A stretch of DNA of 64,000 bases from Candidatus Bipolaricaulota bacterium. GTDB lineage: Bacteria > Bipolaricaulota > Bipolaricaulia > UBA7950 > UBA9294. The stretch is from the NCBI GenBank assembly GCA_026390345.1, contig JAPLGD010000089.1:28088-92087 (forward strand). Reading direction: 5' to 3'. Both the position numbers and the translations under genes were made by a program. The notes under the pieces were generated by a model. It ran no database searches, was not told the DNA's origin, and saw only the letters and a program-made list of their open reading frames with translations. The first letter of the stretch is position 1. Each line of letters opens with the position of its first letter. Of the stretch, positions 20,166-29,647 are shown piece by piece.

Positions 20166-21119
20166 ATGATCCCCATCCCAAAAGTGGAGAAGACGGCACG
20201 CCGGATCGTGGATGAAGTCTCGAAGGCGGTGATCGGGAAGTACGACGTCCTCACGGAGGTCATGGCGACGATCCTCGCCGGCGGGCATATCCTGTTTGAG
20301 GACAATCCCGGACTCGCGAAGACCCTCATCGCACGGAGCTTCGCCCGCGTTCTCGGCGTCGACTTCCGCCGCATCCAGTTCACCCCGGACCTCCTGCCGA
20401 GCGACATCACCGGATCCCACATCTACGACCGCAACAGGAACGAGTTCATCGTCGCTCCCGGCCCAATCTTCGCTCACGTCATCCTCGCCGACGAAGTGAA
20501 CCGAGCCACTCCCAAGACGCAGTCGGCGATGCTCGAGGCGATGCAGGAGCTCCAGGTCTCGATCACCGGGGACACGCGGCCGCTCCCGAAGCCGTTCATC
20601 GTCATGGCGACCCAGAACCCGATCGAGTACGAGGGGACGTTCCCGCTTCCCGAGGCGCAACTCGACCGGTTCATGGTTCGCCTCAGCGTCGGGTACCCCG
20701 AGCCGCCGGAGGAGGCCGAGATCCTTCGACGTCGCGCGGAGCGAAAGGAAGAGGAGGTCAGCCTCTCCGCCATCTCCTCCGCCGAGGAGCTGCTCGAGAT
20801 GCAGCGTACGGTGGAGGACGTCGTCGTCGACGAGGACGTCCGCAACTACATCGTCTCCCTCGTCGGGCGCACGAGGAAGCACACGAGCGTCTACGTCGGG
20901 GCCAGCCCCCGCGGGTCGCTGGCGCTGTTCAAGTTGTCCCGAGCCTGGGCCGCGCTCTACGGTCGCGACTACGTCCTTCCCGACGACGTCAAGCGGTTTG
21001 CCGTGCCGGCGCTCGCCCACCGCTTGATCCTTCGACCGGAGTTCTGGAGCCGCCAGGCGTCGACGAGCGACGTGGTCCAGGGAATCGTCCAGGCCACTCC
21101 CGTTCCGAAGGTCTCCTAG
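20166..21119 (+). CDS. MoxR-family AAA+ ATPase
   Basis: Walker A (NPGLAKT), Walker B (ILADEVNRA) and the characteristic MoxR sensor and arginine-finger regions. 317 aa. Confidence 0.9.
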   Translation: MIPIPKVEKTARRIVDEVSKAVIGKYDVLTEVMATILAGGHILFEDNPGLAKTLIARSFARVLGVDFRRIQFTPDLLPSDITGSHIYDRNRNEFIVAPGPIFAHVILADEVNRATPKTQSAMLEAMQELQVSITGDTRPLPKPFIVMATQNPIEYEGTFPLPEAQLDRFMVRLSVGYPEPPEEAEILRRRAERKEEEVSLSAISSAEELLEMQRTVEDVVVDEDVRNYIVSLVGRTRKHTSVYVGASPRGSLALFKLSRAWAALYGRDYVLPDDVKRFAVPALAHRLILRPEFWSRQASTSDVVQGIVQATPVPKVS

Positions 21120-21123
21120 CACG

Positions 21124-22410
21124 ATGACCGATCCTCGGTACCCGATCGCCGTGTGCATCAGCGTTGGAATCATGATCGCTGCGCTTGTGACACGCAGCGC
21201 CGGCCTCTTCATGGCCGCGATTCCGGCCCTCGCGTACGCCGCGGCGCTCCTCATAGCGCGCCTGCAGCTCCCCCGCCCGGAGCTCGACATCACGAGGACT
21301 CCGTCCTCCCGCCGAGTGAGCTCCGGCGACGACGTTCGCTACGCGGTCACCGTGAAGAACTGCGGTGAGCCCCTGCCGCTCGTCGGGGTCTTGGACGTTC
21401 TGACGACCGACGAGCCCGTCCAGGAGGGAGAGCCCTCTTTCCTCGGCCCCATCGGACGTGACGAGGACGTTCGCCTCTCCTACACGGTCCGACCGAGTCG
21501 CGGAATCCACTTCCAGGACCATGTGACCGTAGTGTCTTGGACTCGCTGTACTCTCGCGTTTCAGGAGCACGAAGTCGTCTGCTCAACGTACGTCTCCGCG
21601 ATCCCGGAGATCGAGAAGCTCCCGCCCTTGGTCCTTGCACCCCGTCGTACGCACGCCTTCGCCGGCCCCATCATGGCTCGCGCTGCGGGGCCGGGCGTCG
21701 ACTTCTTCGGATGCCGCGCCTACGCGCCCGGCGACGACGTTCGAAGGATCAACTGGCGTGCCCTCGCCCGCACCGACCGCCTCATCGTCAACGAGTACGA
21801 GCAGGAGAGGATGGCGGACGTCACCGTGATCCTCGACGTCCGCGCCCAGGCTCACGTGGAGGCCGGAGGTCGCGACACGTTCGAACCGGCGTGCCGCGCG
21901 GCCGCCAGCCTCGCCGACCACTTGATCCGTCAGGGAAACCGCGTCGGATTCCTTCTCTACGGCCAGTCGATCGACTGGATCCAGCCTGCGGGAGGGCGCT
22001 TCCACCTCGAACGCATCTTGGGCTCCATCGTCCGTGCCAAGCCGGTGCGAAGCTTTGCGTTTGAGGATCTTGCGGGCATTCCGGCCTCGATCTTCCCGTC
22101 GGGGTCGCAGCTGATCCTCCTCTCCTCCCTGCCGAGGGACGAGGACTACGAGGTGCCGATTCAGCTCGCCGCCCGGGGCTACTCCGTCCTTGCTGTCTAC
22201 ATGAACAGCGAGAGGCTGCAGGCTTCCGTCGAGCAAGCCGACGACGCGCTGGTTCTTGCGCTACGCATTCGTTCCCTGCGACGGGACACGGCCATCCGCC
22301 AGATGCGCCGTGCTGGCGTGTACGTCCTGTCGTGGGACACCGAGGAGCCCCTCTCCGTCGCCCTTCATCGGGCACGCCTGGACCGAGGCGGAAAGAGGAG
22401 GCGCTCGTGA
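21124..22410 (+). CDS. DUF58-domain protein (vWA-like partner of MoxR) with an N-terminal TM hairpin
   Basis: GxRxYxPGD motif (GCRAYAPGDDVRRINWRALART) and EYEQER, typical of DUF58. Confidence 0.8.
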   Translation: MTDPRYPIAVCISVGIMIAALVTRSAGLFMAAIPALAYAAALLIARLQLPRPELDITRTPSSRRVSSGDDVRYAVTVKNCGEPLPLVGVLDVLTTDEPVQEGEPSFLGPIGRDEDVRLSYTVRPSRGIHFQDHVTVVSWTRCTLAFQEHEVVCSTYVSAIPEIEKLPPLVLAPRRTHAFAGPIMARAAGPGVDFFGCRAYAPGDDVRRINWRALARTDRLIVNEYEQERMADVTVILDVRAQAHVEAGGRDTFEPACRAAASLADHLIRQGNRVGFLLYGQSIDWIQPAGGRFHLERILGSIVRAKPVRSFAFEDLAGIPASIFPSGSQLILLSSLPRDEDYEVPIQLAARGYSVLAVYMNSERLQASVEQADDALVLALRIRSLRRDTAIRQMRRAGVYVLSWDTEEPLSVALHRARLDRGGKRRRS

Positions 22411-23018
22411 GACTCGCTGTGCTCGTCCTCGTGACGCTCTCCGCCGGTCTCGCCGTGGCGGGGGCCGCGCTCGTCGCCCCCTGGACGTTCGCCCTCCCCG
22501 CGGGCCTCATCGCAGGACTATGGATCACCCTCGCCGCCTGGCGCCCCTCAAGCCGGCTCCACGTGATTCCGATGCTGCTCTGCGTCGGGACCTGTGCATT
22601 TCTGACCGTCGGCGTCGAGTCGCGCATTCTCGGCCTTGTCGGCCTTCCCCTCGCTCTCTTCGCCTGGGACGCGAGCTTCACGAGACGCACGATGTCGCGC
22701 TTCGCCAAAGTCGTGCAGCCCCACGTCGTCCTACGGTACGCGGCTGCCATGGCGGGGATCTGCGGAGCCGCCGTTGGCGTCGCCGTCGGCGGAAACATCC
22801 TTCAGTTGCGGCTCACCTTCCCGGTCGCGCTTGGCGCCTCCATCGGACTCCTCGGCCTCACCATCGCGGTCCTCTGGGCCGCGCGCCGATCGTCGGCCGT
22901 CGTCCCCGTCGTCCTGGAGAAGAAGGAAGGCGAAGAAGGAAAAGAGGAAGGGGACGCTGCCGCCGAGCGGGAGGCGTCCCCTTCCTACCAACCCCGAGGA
23001 TTCTCAAACCCTCACTAG
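22407..23018 (+). CDS. Hypothetical polytopic membrane protein with an acidic Glu/Lys-rich C-terminus
   Basis: GTG start overlapping the DUF58 stop (GTGA). Six hydrophobic helices. Confidence 0.45.
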   Translation: MRLAVLVLVTLSAGLAVAGAALVAPWTFALPAGLIAGLWITLAAWRPSSRLHVIPMLLCVGTCAFLTVGVESRILGLVGLPLALFAWDASFTRRTMSRFAKVVQPHVVLRYAAAMAGICGAAVGVAVGGNILQLRLTFPVALGASIGLLGLTIAVLWAARRSSAVVPVVLEKKEGEEGKEEGDAAAEREASPSYQPRGFSNPH

Positions 23019-23716
23019 GGCAAGCCTAACACGCCGCAGATGGTGGCTCGGAACCTGACGCCCGCGATGTAGCCTGCGAGCTCTCCCGCCAGTCGACTCT
23101 GCGACACAGCGTACCCCGCATACAACGACAGGCGGTACGTGAACACCAACTCCGTTCCTGCTTCCACGGCCGTCCACTGGGCAAACACGGTCCGCGTTGG
23201 GGCGTCGATACCAGAGAGAAAGGTCCCGCCTGGGTCTTCGATGGCCGCTTGCCATCCCTGGGGAATCTGTTCTTCGAAGCCGAATCCGCCTGGAATCGGT
23301 TCGACCGCACGGACAGTCACGACCACGAGGAGCGTGCCGTCGTCTTGCGCCACGACATCCCGCACGGCGAACGCGGGAACCGCTCCCACCACAACGCCCT
23401 TGCGGCAGGTCTCACGGCGCCCGGTGTCGTCCGCGATGGTGAGCTGCACTTCGTAGTAACCCGCGGCAGCGTAGGAGTACGTCGCCATGGGGTCGCGCGT
23501 CTCGACGTCCGCGACGTCGTCCCCGTTCCAGTCCCAGCGGTACGTGTACGTCCCCCCGGTCAGACAGGGCTCGCACACAGCGAAGCTGACGGCCTCCCCC
23601 ACCCCGGGGTTGTACGTAGACGGCGTGAAGTCGGCCTTCCACGCAGCCGCCGCCATCCACGGAACCGCGACGGCGATCGCCGTCGCGACAATCCATACGC
23701 GTCGTATGTTCCTCAT
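23015..23716 (-). CDS. Secreted protein with one PKD-like domain and one E-x-IP-x-GW module
   Basis: Signal peptide; YRWDWNGDD...YSYAAAGYYEVQLT (PKD-like); EEQIPQGWQAAIEDPGG...LVFTYRLSL. It is the last gene of the minus-strand operon at 23.0-29.0 kb. Confidence 0.55.
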   Translation of the reverse strand: MRNIRRVWIVATAIAVAVPWMAAAAWKADFTPSTYNPGVGEAVSFAVCEPCLTGGTYTYRWDWNGDDVADVETRDPMATYSYAAAGYYEVQLTIADDTGRRETCRKGVVVGAVPAFAVRDVVAQDDGTLLVVVTVRAVEPIPGGFGFEEQIPQGWQAAIEDPGGTFLSGIDAPTRTVFAQWTAVEAGTELVFTYRLSLYAGYAVSQSRLAGELAGYIAGVRFRATICGVLGLP

Positions 23717-23761
23717 GGCCCCCTCCCTCTTCATCACGCCCGGCGGCGACGGCCCGCTCCC

Positions 23762-25957
23762 CTACGGGAGCGGGTCGTGCACCGAGCTTCCAGTAAGCCA
23801 ATACGCAATCAAGTCATTGAGGGTCGACAGGTCGATCTTGCCGTTGTTCGTGTACGGAACCGACGCCCCGGACAGCCAGAGCGACACGGCGTACTGGATC
23901 TGGTCGAAGGTGATCACCTCTCTCAGGCACAAGTCGATCGCCGACGTCTCAACGTTCCACCGGGAGATCACGATGGGAATGGACAGGTACTTCTGGAGCC
24001 ACACCCGATCCTCGCCGGTGATCGTCTGCAGCAGACGCGGCGACGAGCTGCCGACGGAGCCCCGGATCGCCACAGGCTCGCTTTCCGCCTTCGGCGAACT
24101 CGTCGGAGCCGTCAGCGTGTACCGAATCTCCCTCTGGGAGTCCGGCCCCGTGCCGGTGAACTTTTCGACAAACAACCACTCGGCGGTCGAACCGCTCTGC
24201 CGAAGGGCCGCGCCGTCCGTCTCCACGGAGCGGAACGTCCAGCCCGCCGGCAGCGTCTCGCTCACGGCAAGCCCGTTCAGCGTCGTGTTCGCGCGGAGCG
24301 CCAGCGTGATCGTGACCGTGGCTCCCTGGACCGTTCGATCCTCGGGCAGGCACGTCTCGATCGTCCGCACCGCCGTCACGCTGGTCACAGCGGTGACCGT
24401 CCGCTCGAGGGTCGTTCGCGCGCCCATGTCGTCCGTGACGTAGAGCGTGATGTCGTAGTCCCCAGGTTTCATGAACGTGAAGGACTCATCGGGTGCGTCC
24501 GTCGCAACATCCACGACTCCATCCGACTCGAAATCCCACTCGTAGCGGACAACCCGTCCATCTAGGTCGTACGACGAGCTCGCGTCAAGGATGACCTCGA
24601 CGCCCGCACGCGGCTGGGCGACCGCGATCATGAACTCGGCCTCGAGAACAGCGAAGCTCGGCGTTGGAGCCGCGTTACCGATCACGATCTCCTGCTCGTA
24701 CGGCTTCGACACAAGCCCCCGATCATCCGCGACGACGAGCGTCACGGCATACGTGCCGCTCTCGTCGAAGCGGTGGACGGGGTCCCTAGCGTCCGCCGTC
24801 GTCCCATCTCCGAACTCCCACGCCCAGGCGGCCACAGTCTCGTCGCCATCGATGTCGCGCGATGCGTCGTAGAACTCGACGGGGTCGGCCGTGGTCGGCG
24901 CCGCCGGCTCAAACTCGAAGCCAGCCTCCGGCGCGCGGTTCGGCATCACGACGTTCAGTGAGTCCGCCGCGATGTCCACCCTATGCTCCACCTTGCGGAA
25001 GTCCCTGTAGGTCGCCGTCGAACCATCGTCCGTCAGGAGAGTTCCGCTCTCCGTCGCCCGAAGCTTCATGTCGATGCGCAGGATCTGGCCGAGCTCTATC
25101 TGTTCGAAGGCCCAGCGCACCGTCGTGCTACCGTCCATCTCCATCCGCACCTGGCTTGCGGCCGGTGCAGAGGTCATCCACTCGAGTCCTGCGGGAATGC
25201 GCTTCTCCACGACCACATCGGACGCCGCAACCTTCACAAACGCGTGGTTGACGACGGATTCAAGCGCCGCGTCCGACGGGCGAACCGCAAACGCCCCTCC
25301 CGATGTCGCGGCGAGCTCCTCCAGGAGCGCCCGATTGATCAACGTGCCGATTCCGACGCATGTGACCTGGATCCCGGTCTCGACCGCGATCTTGCCCTCC
25401 GACGCCGCGTCGGATCCGATATTGGACTGCCCGTCCGAGAAGAGGACGATGAGCATCGTCGCATCTGGACGAGCCGTCTGGGAGAGCTCCCGGCGCGCGA
25501 GCTGAAGCGCCGTGCCGAGCGCCGACTTGTCGCCGCCCGTGAGGCCTCCGATGGCCGACTTGATCTCTGCCCTGCTCTTGGAGAGCGGCAAGGCTACACG
25601 CGCCGTCGCCGCGTACGACAGCACGCCGACGCGGTCGTTCGAACCCATGCGATCGACGAGGTCGAGGGCGAAGAGCTTCGCCTCCGCCAGCTCGGCCGTG
25701 GCCGACGTATCAATGACCAGCATGCAGTCCACGGGGAAGCGTTCCCCGGTTGCGCCGATGCCCTGAAGCACGAGCGAGACGTTCGTCGTCTCCGGCGCCT
25801 GTCCCATTCCTGCTACGAAGATCTGAGACGGATCGACCGTCTGGAAGATCTGGATTGTCCCCTCACCTAGTGCCACTCCCGAACCGGCAACTAGGCCCAC
25901 GAAGAGAAGGAAGACGGCGAGGGGAACCCCCCTCGCCGTGTTGGTGGTCGTTCTCAT
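23762..25957 (-). CDS. Secreted multidomain protein: vWA domain, two PKD-like domains, an E-x-LP-x-GW module, and a novel conserved C-terminal domain ending IAYWLTGSSVHDPLP
   Basis: Signal peptide. vWA MIDAS region (DCMLVIDTSATA...SDGQSN), PKD regions (WAWEFGDGTTADARDPVHRF...; YEWDFESDG...), an E-x-LP-x-GW module, and a C-terminal domain that also occurs in the next gene. Confidence 0.7.
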   Translation of the reverse strand: MRTTTNTARGVPLAVFLLFVGLVAGSGVALGEGTIQIFQTVDPSQIFVAGMGQAPETTNVSLVLQGIGATGERFPVDCMLVIDTSATAELAEAKLFALDLVDRMGSNDRVGVLSYAATARVALPLSKSRAEIKSAIGGLTGGDKSALGTALQLARRELSQTARPDATMLIVLFSDGQSNIGSDAASEGKIAVETGIQVTCVGIGTLINRALLEELAATSGGAFAVRPSDAALESVVNHAFVKVAASDVVVEKRIPAGLEWMTSAPAASQVRMEMDGSTTVRWAFEQIELGQILRIDMKLRATESGTLLTDDGSTATYRDFRKVEHRVDIAADSLNVVMPNRAPEAGFEFEPAAPTTADPVEFYDASRDIDGDETVAAWAWEFGDGTTADARDPVHRFDESGTYAVTLVVADDRGLVSKPYEQEIVIGNAAPTPSFAVLEAEFMIAVAQPRAGVEVILDASSSYDLDGRVVRYEWDFESDGVVDVATDAPDESFTFMKPGDYDITLYVTDDMGARTTLERTVTAVTSVTAVRTIETCLPEDRTVQGATVTITLALRANTTLNGLAVSETLPAGWTFRSVETDGAALRQSGSTAEWLFVEKFTGTGPDSQREIRYTLTAPTSSPKAESEPVAIRGSVGSSSPRLLQTITGEDRVWLQKYLSIPIVISRWNVETSAIDLCLREVITFDQIQYAVSLWLSGASVPYTNNGKIDLSTLNDLIAYWLTGSSVHDPLP

Positions 25958-25995
25958 GACACATCATCTCCCTCGACGGAGTCCCCGGCGCGCGG

Positions 25996-28209
25996 CTAGC
26001 CGTCGCACACCGAGGCATCCGGATCGCACGGGCCGTCGGGGATCACGGGGAGCGGATCGCAGATGTTCGTCCCCGTGAGCCAGTAGGCGATGATCTCCTT
26101 CAGCATGTGGTACCCAACCGTCTCGCCGCACGTCCACGGCACGACCTCGTCCTCCAACCAGAAGGCAATGGCCCGCTGGACTTGCTGGAACGAGATCCTG
26201 TCGGACAGCGTAATGTCCAGACGATCGTGGTCCACATCCCAGCGGGAAATCGCCACGAGGACGGACAAGCAGTCGCTGATGTCGACACCGCTGTCTCCGG
26301 TCACCGGCGTCTCCATGCACGGCAGAGCCGAGTCCACCACGCCGTAGAGATCGTTGCTGCTCGCGTAGCACGGATCGCTCGCGGCCATCTCGATCATCTC
26401 GGTCTGCGGAACCTCGACCTGGTAGATGATGGTCTTCGTCACCCCGGCCGGCAGCTTCGTAGGCCACACCCACTCGTTGCGGGAGCGCTTGTAGGTGAGT
26501 CCGTCATTCTCGATCGGAATGACCTTCCACCCCGTCGGCAGCTCTTCCTTGAGTCCAACGCCGTAGAGGTCCTGGTCAGCCCAGATCTCGACCTTCACGG
26601 TGAAGGTGCTCCCCGCCTTGTCGCCGCCCGGCCCGTAGTAGTTGAGCAGGACGTTGTTGCACGGCACCGGGGTCGCGATCGTGCGGACGGCCGAGATGCG
26701 GGCCGGCGGCACGAGCGGCAGAGGCAGGTCGACCGGCGTGCACGTATACGCGTACGCCGACAGCTCCTTCATCTGCTCGAGGCTGATCGTCGAACCCTGC
26801 GTCCACGGCACGACCTCGTCGTTCTGCCACATCTCGAGCGCCCTCTTCAGCTGCTGAGGGTCGATCTTCTGCGACAGCCGGAGGTCGATCGTGTCCTCCG
26901 TGTCCAGACCGACACGAGGAACCAGGTGAGCGATCGCTTCCTTCAGAGGCAGGGCCGTGGAGACCTCGATCTTCGCGTCTCCTTCAACCGGCAGCTCCAT
27001 GAACGGCGTCATCGCCTGGAACGTCCCCGTGAGCGTAAAGCACACCGGGAGCGTCGTCGCGATCAGCTGATCGCTCGGCGGCACCGAGAGCTCGTAGGAG
27101 ATGATCTTCGTCGAGCCCGCTCGGATCTGGTCGACGAACACCCACTGGACCGACGCGCGCTTGAACGCAGCACCGGCGTTCTCGAGCGGTTTGATCTTCC
27201 AGCCCACCGGGAGGTTCTCCTGCAGGCCGACGCCGGCCACATCCATCTGCGGCTCCATCCGCACGACAACCAGGAATGTGCTCCCGGGGAGGGCGGCCGA
27301 GGTGGAGATCGTCCGGGTGACCTTCACCGCAAGATCTCCGATCGACACGGAGAGCGTCGATCGCGCCGTCGCACCCTCATTGTCCGTCGCGCGGACCGTT
27401 ACGCTCTTCGCGCCGCTCGTCGCGTACGTGTAACTGACCGTAGGCTCCGTGGTCGTCGAGTCGAACAGGCCGTCGCCGTTGAAATCCCACTCGTACTTGG
27501 CGATCTGGCCGTCCGGGTCGAACGACGAAGACGCATCGAACGTCACCGGCTGGTTGATGCGCAGATTCGACGGAGAGACCGTGAACCCCACTTGTGGAGG
27601 CTCGTTCGGCGTGCCCGCCACGATGATCGGGTCGAGCAGGTTCAGTGTGACCTCGGTCGGACTCGCCAGCTGCCCGGACAAGAACACAACCCGGGTGATG
27701 CCGGCCGAGAACTGCGGGAACAGACTCAGCGAGAACTCGGTGCCGAGCGGTCCCAGCACCATGCCGTCTCCCTTTCCCGCATTCCAGGTCCACGAGACGC
27801 TGCCCGTTGGTGGCGTGAGCTGCCACTTGTCCATCAGGTCGTTGTCGTCCTTCACGAGGAAGTTGGCCCCCGTCGGGACGCCGGACAGCGTCATCGTCGT
27901 CGAACCGGCCGTGCCGCCCGTGGCACCCAGGATGACGAACAGCGAAAGCCCCCCCCCTGCGGAGTCCTTGTACAGGAACATGACCGCGGTGTTGGGCTTC
28001 TCCAGCCCCGTTGCGGCCTGCTGGTTCGTGTACTTGTAGAACGCGACCGCGTCGGCCGCGTTGGCCAGCGGCTCGATCTGAACTTGCGTTTCCCCTTGAC
28101 TGACAGTGTAGAAGCCGTCTCCCTGTGCCAAGCCCGTCGTCGGAAGTAGGAGAACGACCACCGCCAGAAGGAGGAAAAGGCCAAGAATACTGACCTTTCG
28201 CACCTTCAT
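25996..28209 (-). CDS. Secreted multidomain protein: PKD-like domain, two E-x-LP-x-GW modules, and two copies of the novel C-terminal-type domain, the last ending IAYWLTGTNICDPLPVIPDGPCDPDASVCDG
   Basis: Start at Met60 of the listed ORF (MKVRKVSILGLFLLLAVVVLL signal peptide; perfect AAAGGAGGT Shine-Dalgarno). YEWDFNGDGLFD PKD motif. Two internal modules, each with the LP-x-GW core. The second domain copy is nearly identical in pattern to the C-terminus of the 23762..25957 protein. Confidence 0.7.
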   Translation of the reverse strand: MKVRKVSILGLFLLLAVVVLLLPTTGLAQGDGFYTVSQGETQVQIEPLANAADAVAFYKYTNQQAATGLEKPNTAVMFLYKDSAGGGLSLFVILGATGGTAGSTTMTLSGVPTGANFLVKDDNDLMDKWQLTPPTGSVSWTWNAGKGDGMVLGPLGTEFSLSLFPQFSAGITRVVFLSGQLASPTEVTLNLLDPIIVAGTPNEPPQVGFTVSPSNLRINQPVTFDASSSFDPDGQIAKYEWDFNGDGLFDSTTTEPTVSYTYATSGAKSVTVRATDNEGATARSTLSVSIGDLAVKVTRTISTSAALPGSTFLVVVRMEPQMDVAGVGLQENLPVGWKIKPLENAGAAFKRASVQWVFVDQIRAGSTKIISYELSVPPSDQLIATTLPVCFTLTGTFQAMTPFMELPVEGDAKIEVSTALPLKEAIAHLVPRVGLDTEDTIDLRLSQKIDPQQLKRALEMWQNDEVVPWTQGSTISLEQMKELSAYAYTCTPVDLPLPLVPPARISAVRTIATPVPCNNVLLNYYGPGGDKAGSTFTVKVEIWADQDLYGVGLKEELPTGWKVIPIENDGLTYKRSRNEWVWPTKLPAGVTKTIIYQVEVPQTEMIEMAASDPCYASSNDLYGVVDSALPCMETPVTGDSGVDISDCLSVLVAISRWDVDHDRLDITLSDRISFQQVQRAIAFWLEDEVVPWTCGETVGYHMLKEIIAYWLTGTNICDPLPVIPDGPCDPDASVCDG

Positions 28210-28348
28210 TGCTACCTCCTTTGTCGGCGTTTTCATCTTCCCTTCGTGTTCAAAGCAGGAATGCAACATCACTCTAGCAGATTCCCCCCCCAGTAGTCTG
28301 TAACACCGATTACGCTGCAATCTGCCTCCTTCCCTGTCTCCATCGTCA

Positions 28349-28975
28349 TTACAGTGCCACAGCGATCTGGTAGAGGGCTGCATCAATCGCTTCCTTTGCG
28401 GCTTCCACAGGGTCGGCGGTGAGGAGCGAGAACAGCGGACGATCCTCGCACGTCACCGATGTGGTGAACTCGACGTCGCCTCTCGGGCTGAAAACCGACG
28501 CGAACATCCCGACCGTGGCCACCTTGTCGATGCCAAACAGAAGACCCAGCGGTGAGATGAGGATCTGCAATGTGGTATCGAGGAACGCCGTCGCTCCCAG
28601 AAGGACGAGGGAGCGTTCGGGGCGGTATGAGATCCGACTCTCCCACTCGACGATTCGAAGGATAATCACGTGGTCCGCGTTCAGCGCCTCGGCGAGGCGC
28701 TGCATGCCTTCGACCGTCATGCTGTTGCCGACGTACGACCCCGTCAGGCGTTGGGCGAGCATCAAATCCCCTTGGGTGTTGACGTCGCACCCGGCCACGA
28801 CCGAGCAGCGCTGACTGGCGTAGTTCTTGAGGATCTCCAAGTCCGCGGTCGGCACGGCCGCCGCAGCCTGCAAGAACACGGCAACCTTCGGCCGAGCGGA
28901 GCATCCCAGAGCGACCGTCGCGACGATCACGACGGCGACGACCCACCTTGCGGTACGGCGCGTTCGATCGGACAT
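28349..28975 (-). CDS. Hypothetical lipoprotein (lipobox LGC)
   Basis: VVAVVIVATVALG|CSA signal/lipobox; ~185-aa mature protein of unknown family. It is the first gene of the minus-strand operon. Confidence 0.5.
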   Translation of the reverse strand: MSDRTRRTARWVVAVVIVATVALGCSARPKVAVFLQAAAAVPTADLEILKNYASQRCSVVAGCDVNTQGDLMLAQRLTGSYVGNSMTVEGMQRLAEALNADHVIILRIVEWESRISYRPERSLVLLGATAFLDTTLQILISPLGLLFGIDKVATVGMFASVFSPRGDVEFTTSVTCEDRPLFSLLTADPVEAAKEAIDAALYQIAVAL

Positions 28976-29136
28976 TCTCACTCCCCACCACCCATTGTGA
29001 AGCCTAGTAGCATGTGAGGGGAGTCTAGCTCTGCGAGAAACCGCGAAGAAGGAACGGTGTCGAAGCGTTCGTCCGACTTTGTCTAGGGGGTCCGGGACAG
29101 ATGTCCGGGCGACGGGCTCCGAATGCCGCGATCCGG

Positions 29137-29586
29137 TTAGATCTCCAATTCCTTCGGACCCTGCGCCGCGTGGGGATGCGCGGGACCCGCATAGATCTTG
29201 AGCTTGCGAAGCATCTGCCGGCCGAGGATCGACTTCGGAAGCATCCGGCGCACGGCCTCCCGGACGGGGAGCTCGGGGTGGCGCTCGATGAGCCGGCGGT
29301 AGGACATCGACTTCAGCCCACCCATGTACCCCGAATGTCGCTGGTAAAGCTTGTCATCCCACTTCTTCCCGGTGAGCTCAATCCGCTCGGCATTGATCAC
29401 GACAACGTAGTCCCCGGTGTCGACGTGGGGCGTGTAGATCGGCTTGTGCTTCCCTTGAAGGATGACGGCGATCTCCGAGGCGAGCCGACCCAGTCGCTTC
29501 CCGTCGGCGTTGACCACGTACCACTCGCGATCCCAGGTCTTCCCCATCTCTTCGTTCTTTGCCAGAAACGTCCGTTGCCGTTGCAT
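29137..29586 (-). CDS. rplM: 50S ribosomal protein L13
   Basis: [40 protein letters not shown] matches the L13 N-terminus. Start at Met11 of the listed ORF. Confidence 0.9.
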   Translation of the reverse strand: MQRQRTFLAKNEEMGKTWDREWYVVNADGKRLGRLASEIAVILQGKHKPIYTPHVDTGDYVVVINAERIELTGKKWDDKLYQRHSGYMGGLKSMSYRRLIERHPELPVREAVRRMLPKSILGRQMLRKLKIYAGPAHPHAAQGPKELEI

Positions 29587-29647
29587 GTTGGAACTCCTCC
29601 AAGGTCTGCGGTTCAAGGGTGGATTGTAGCTCTAGGAGTCGACCCTT

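Noticed and set aside
28981-29137. Possible missed rpsI downstream of rplM
   Set aside because: No ORF of S9 size exists in any frame of this 155-nt gap.
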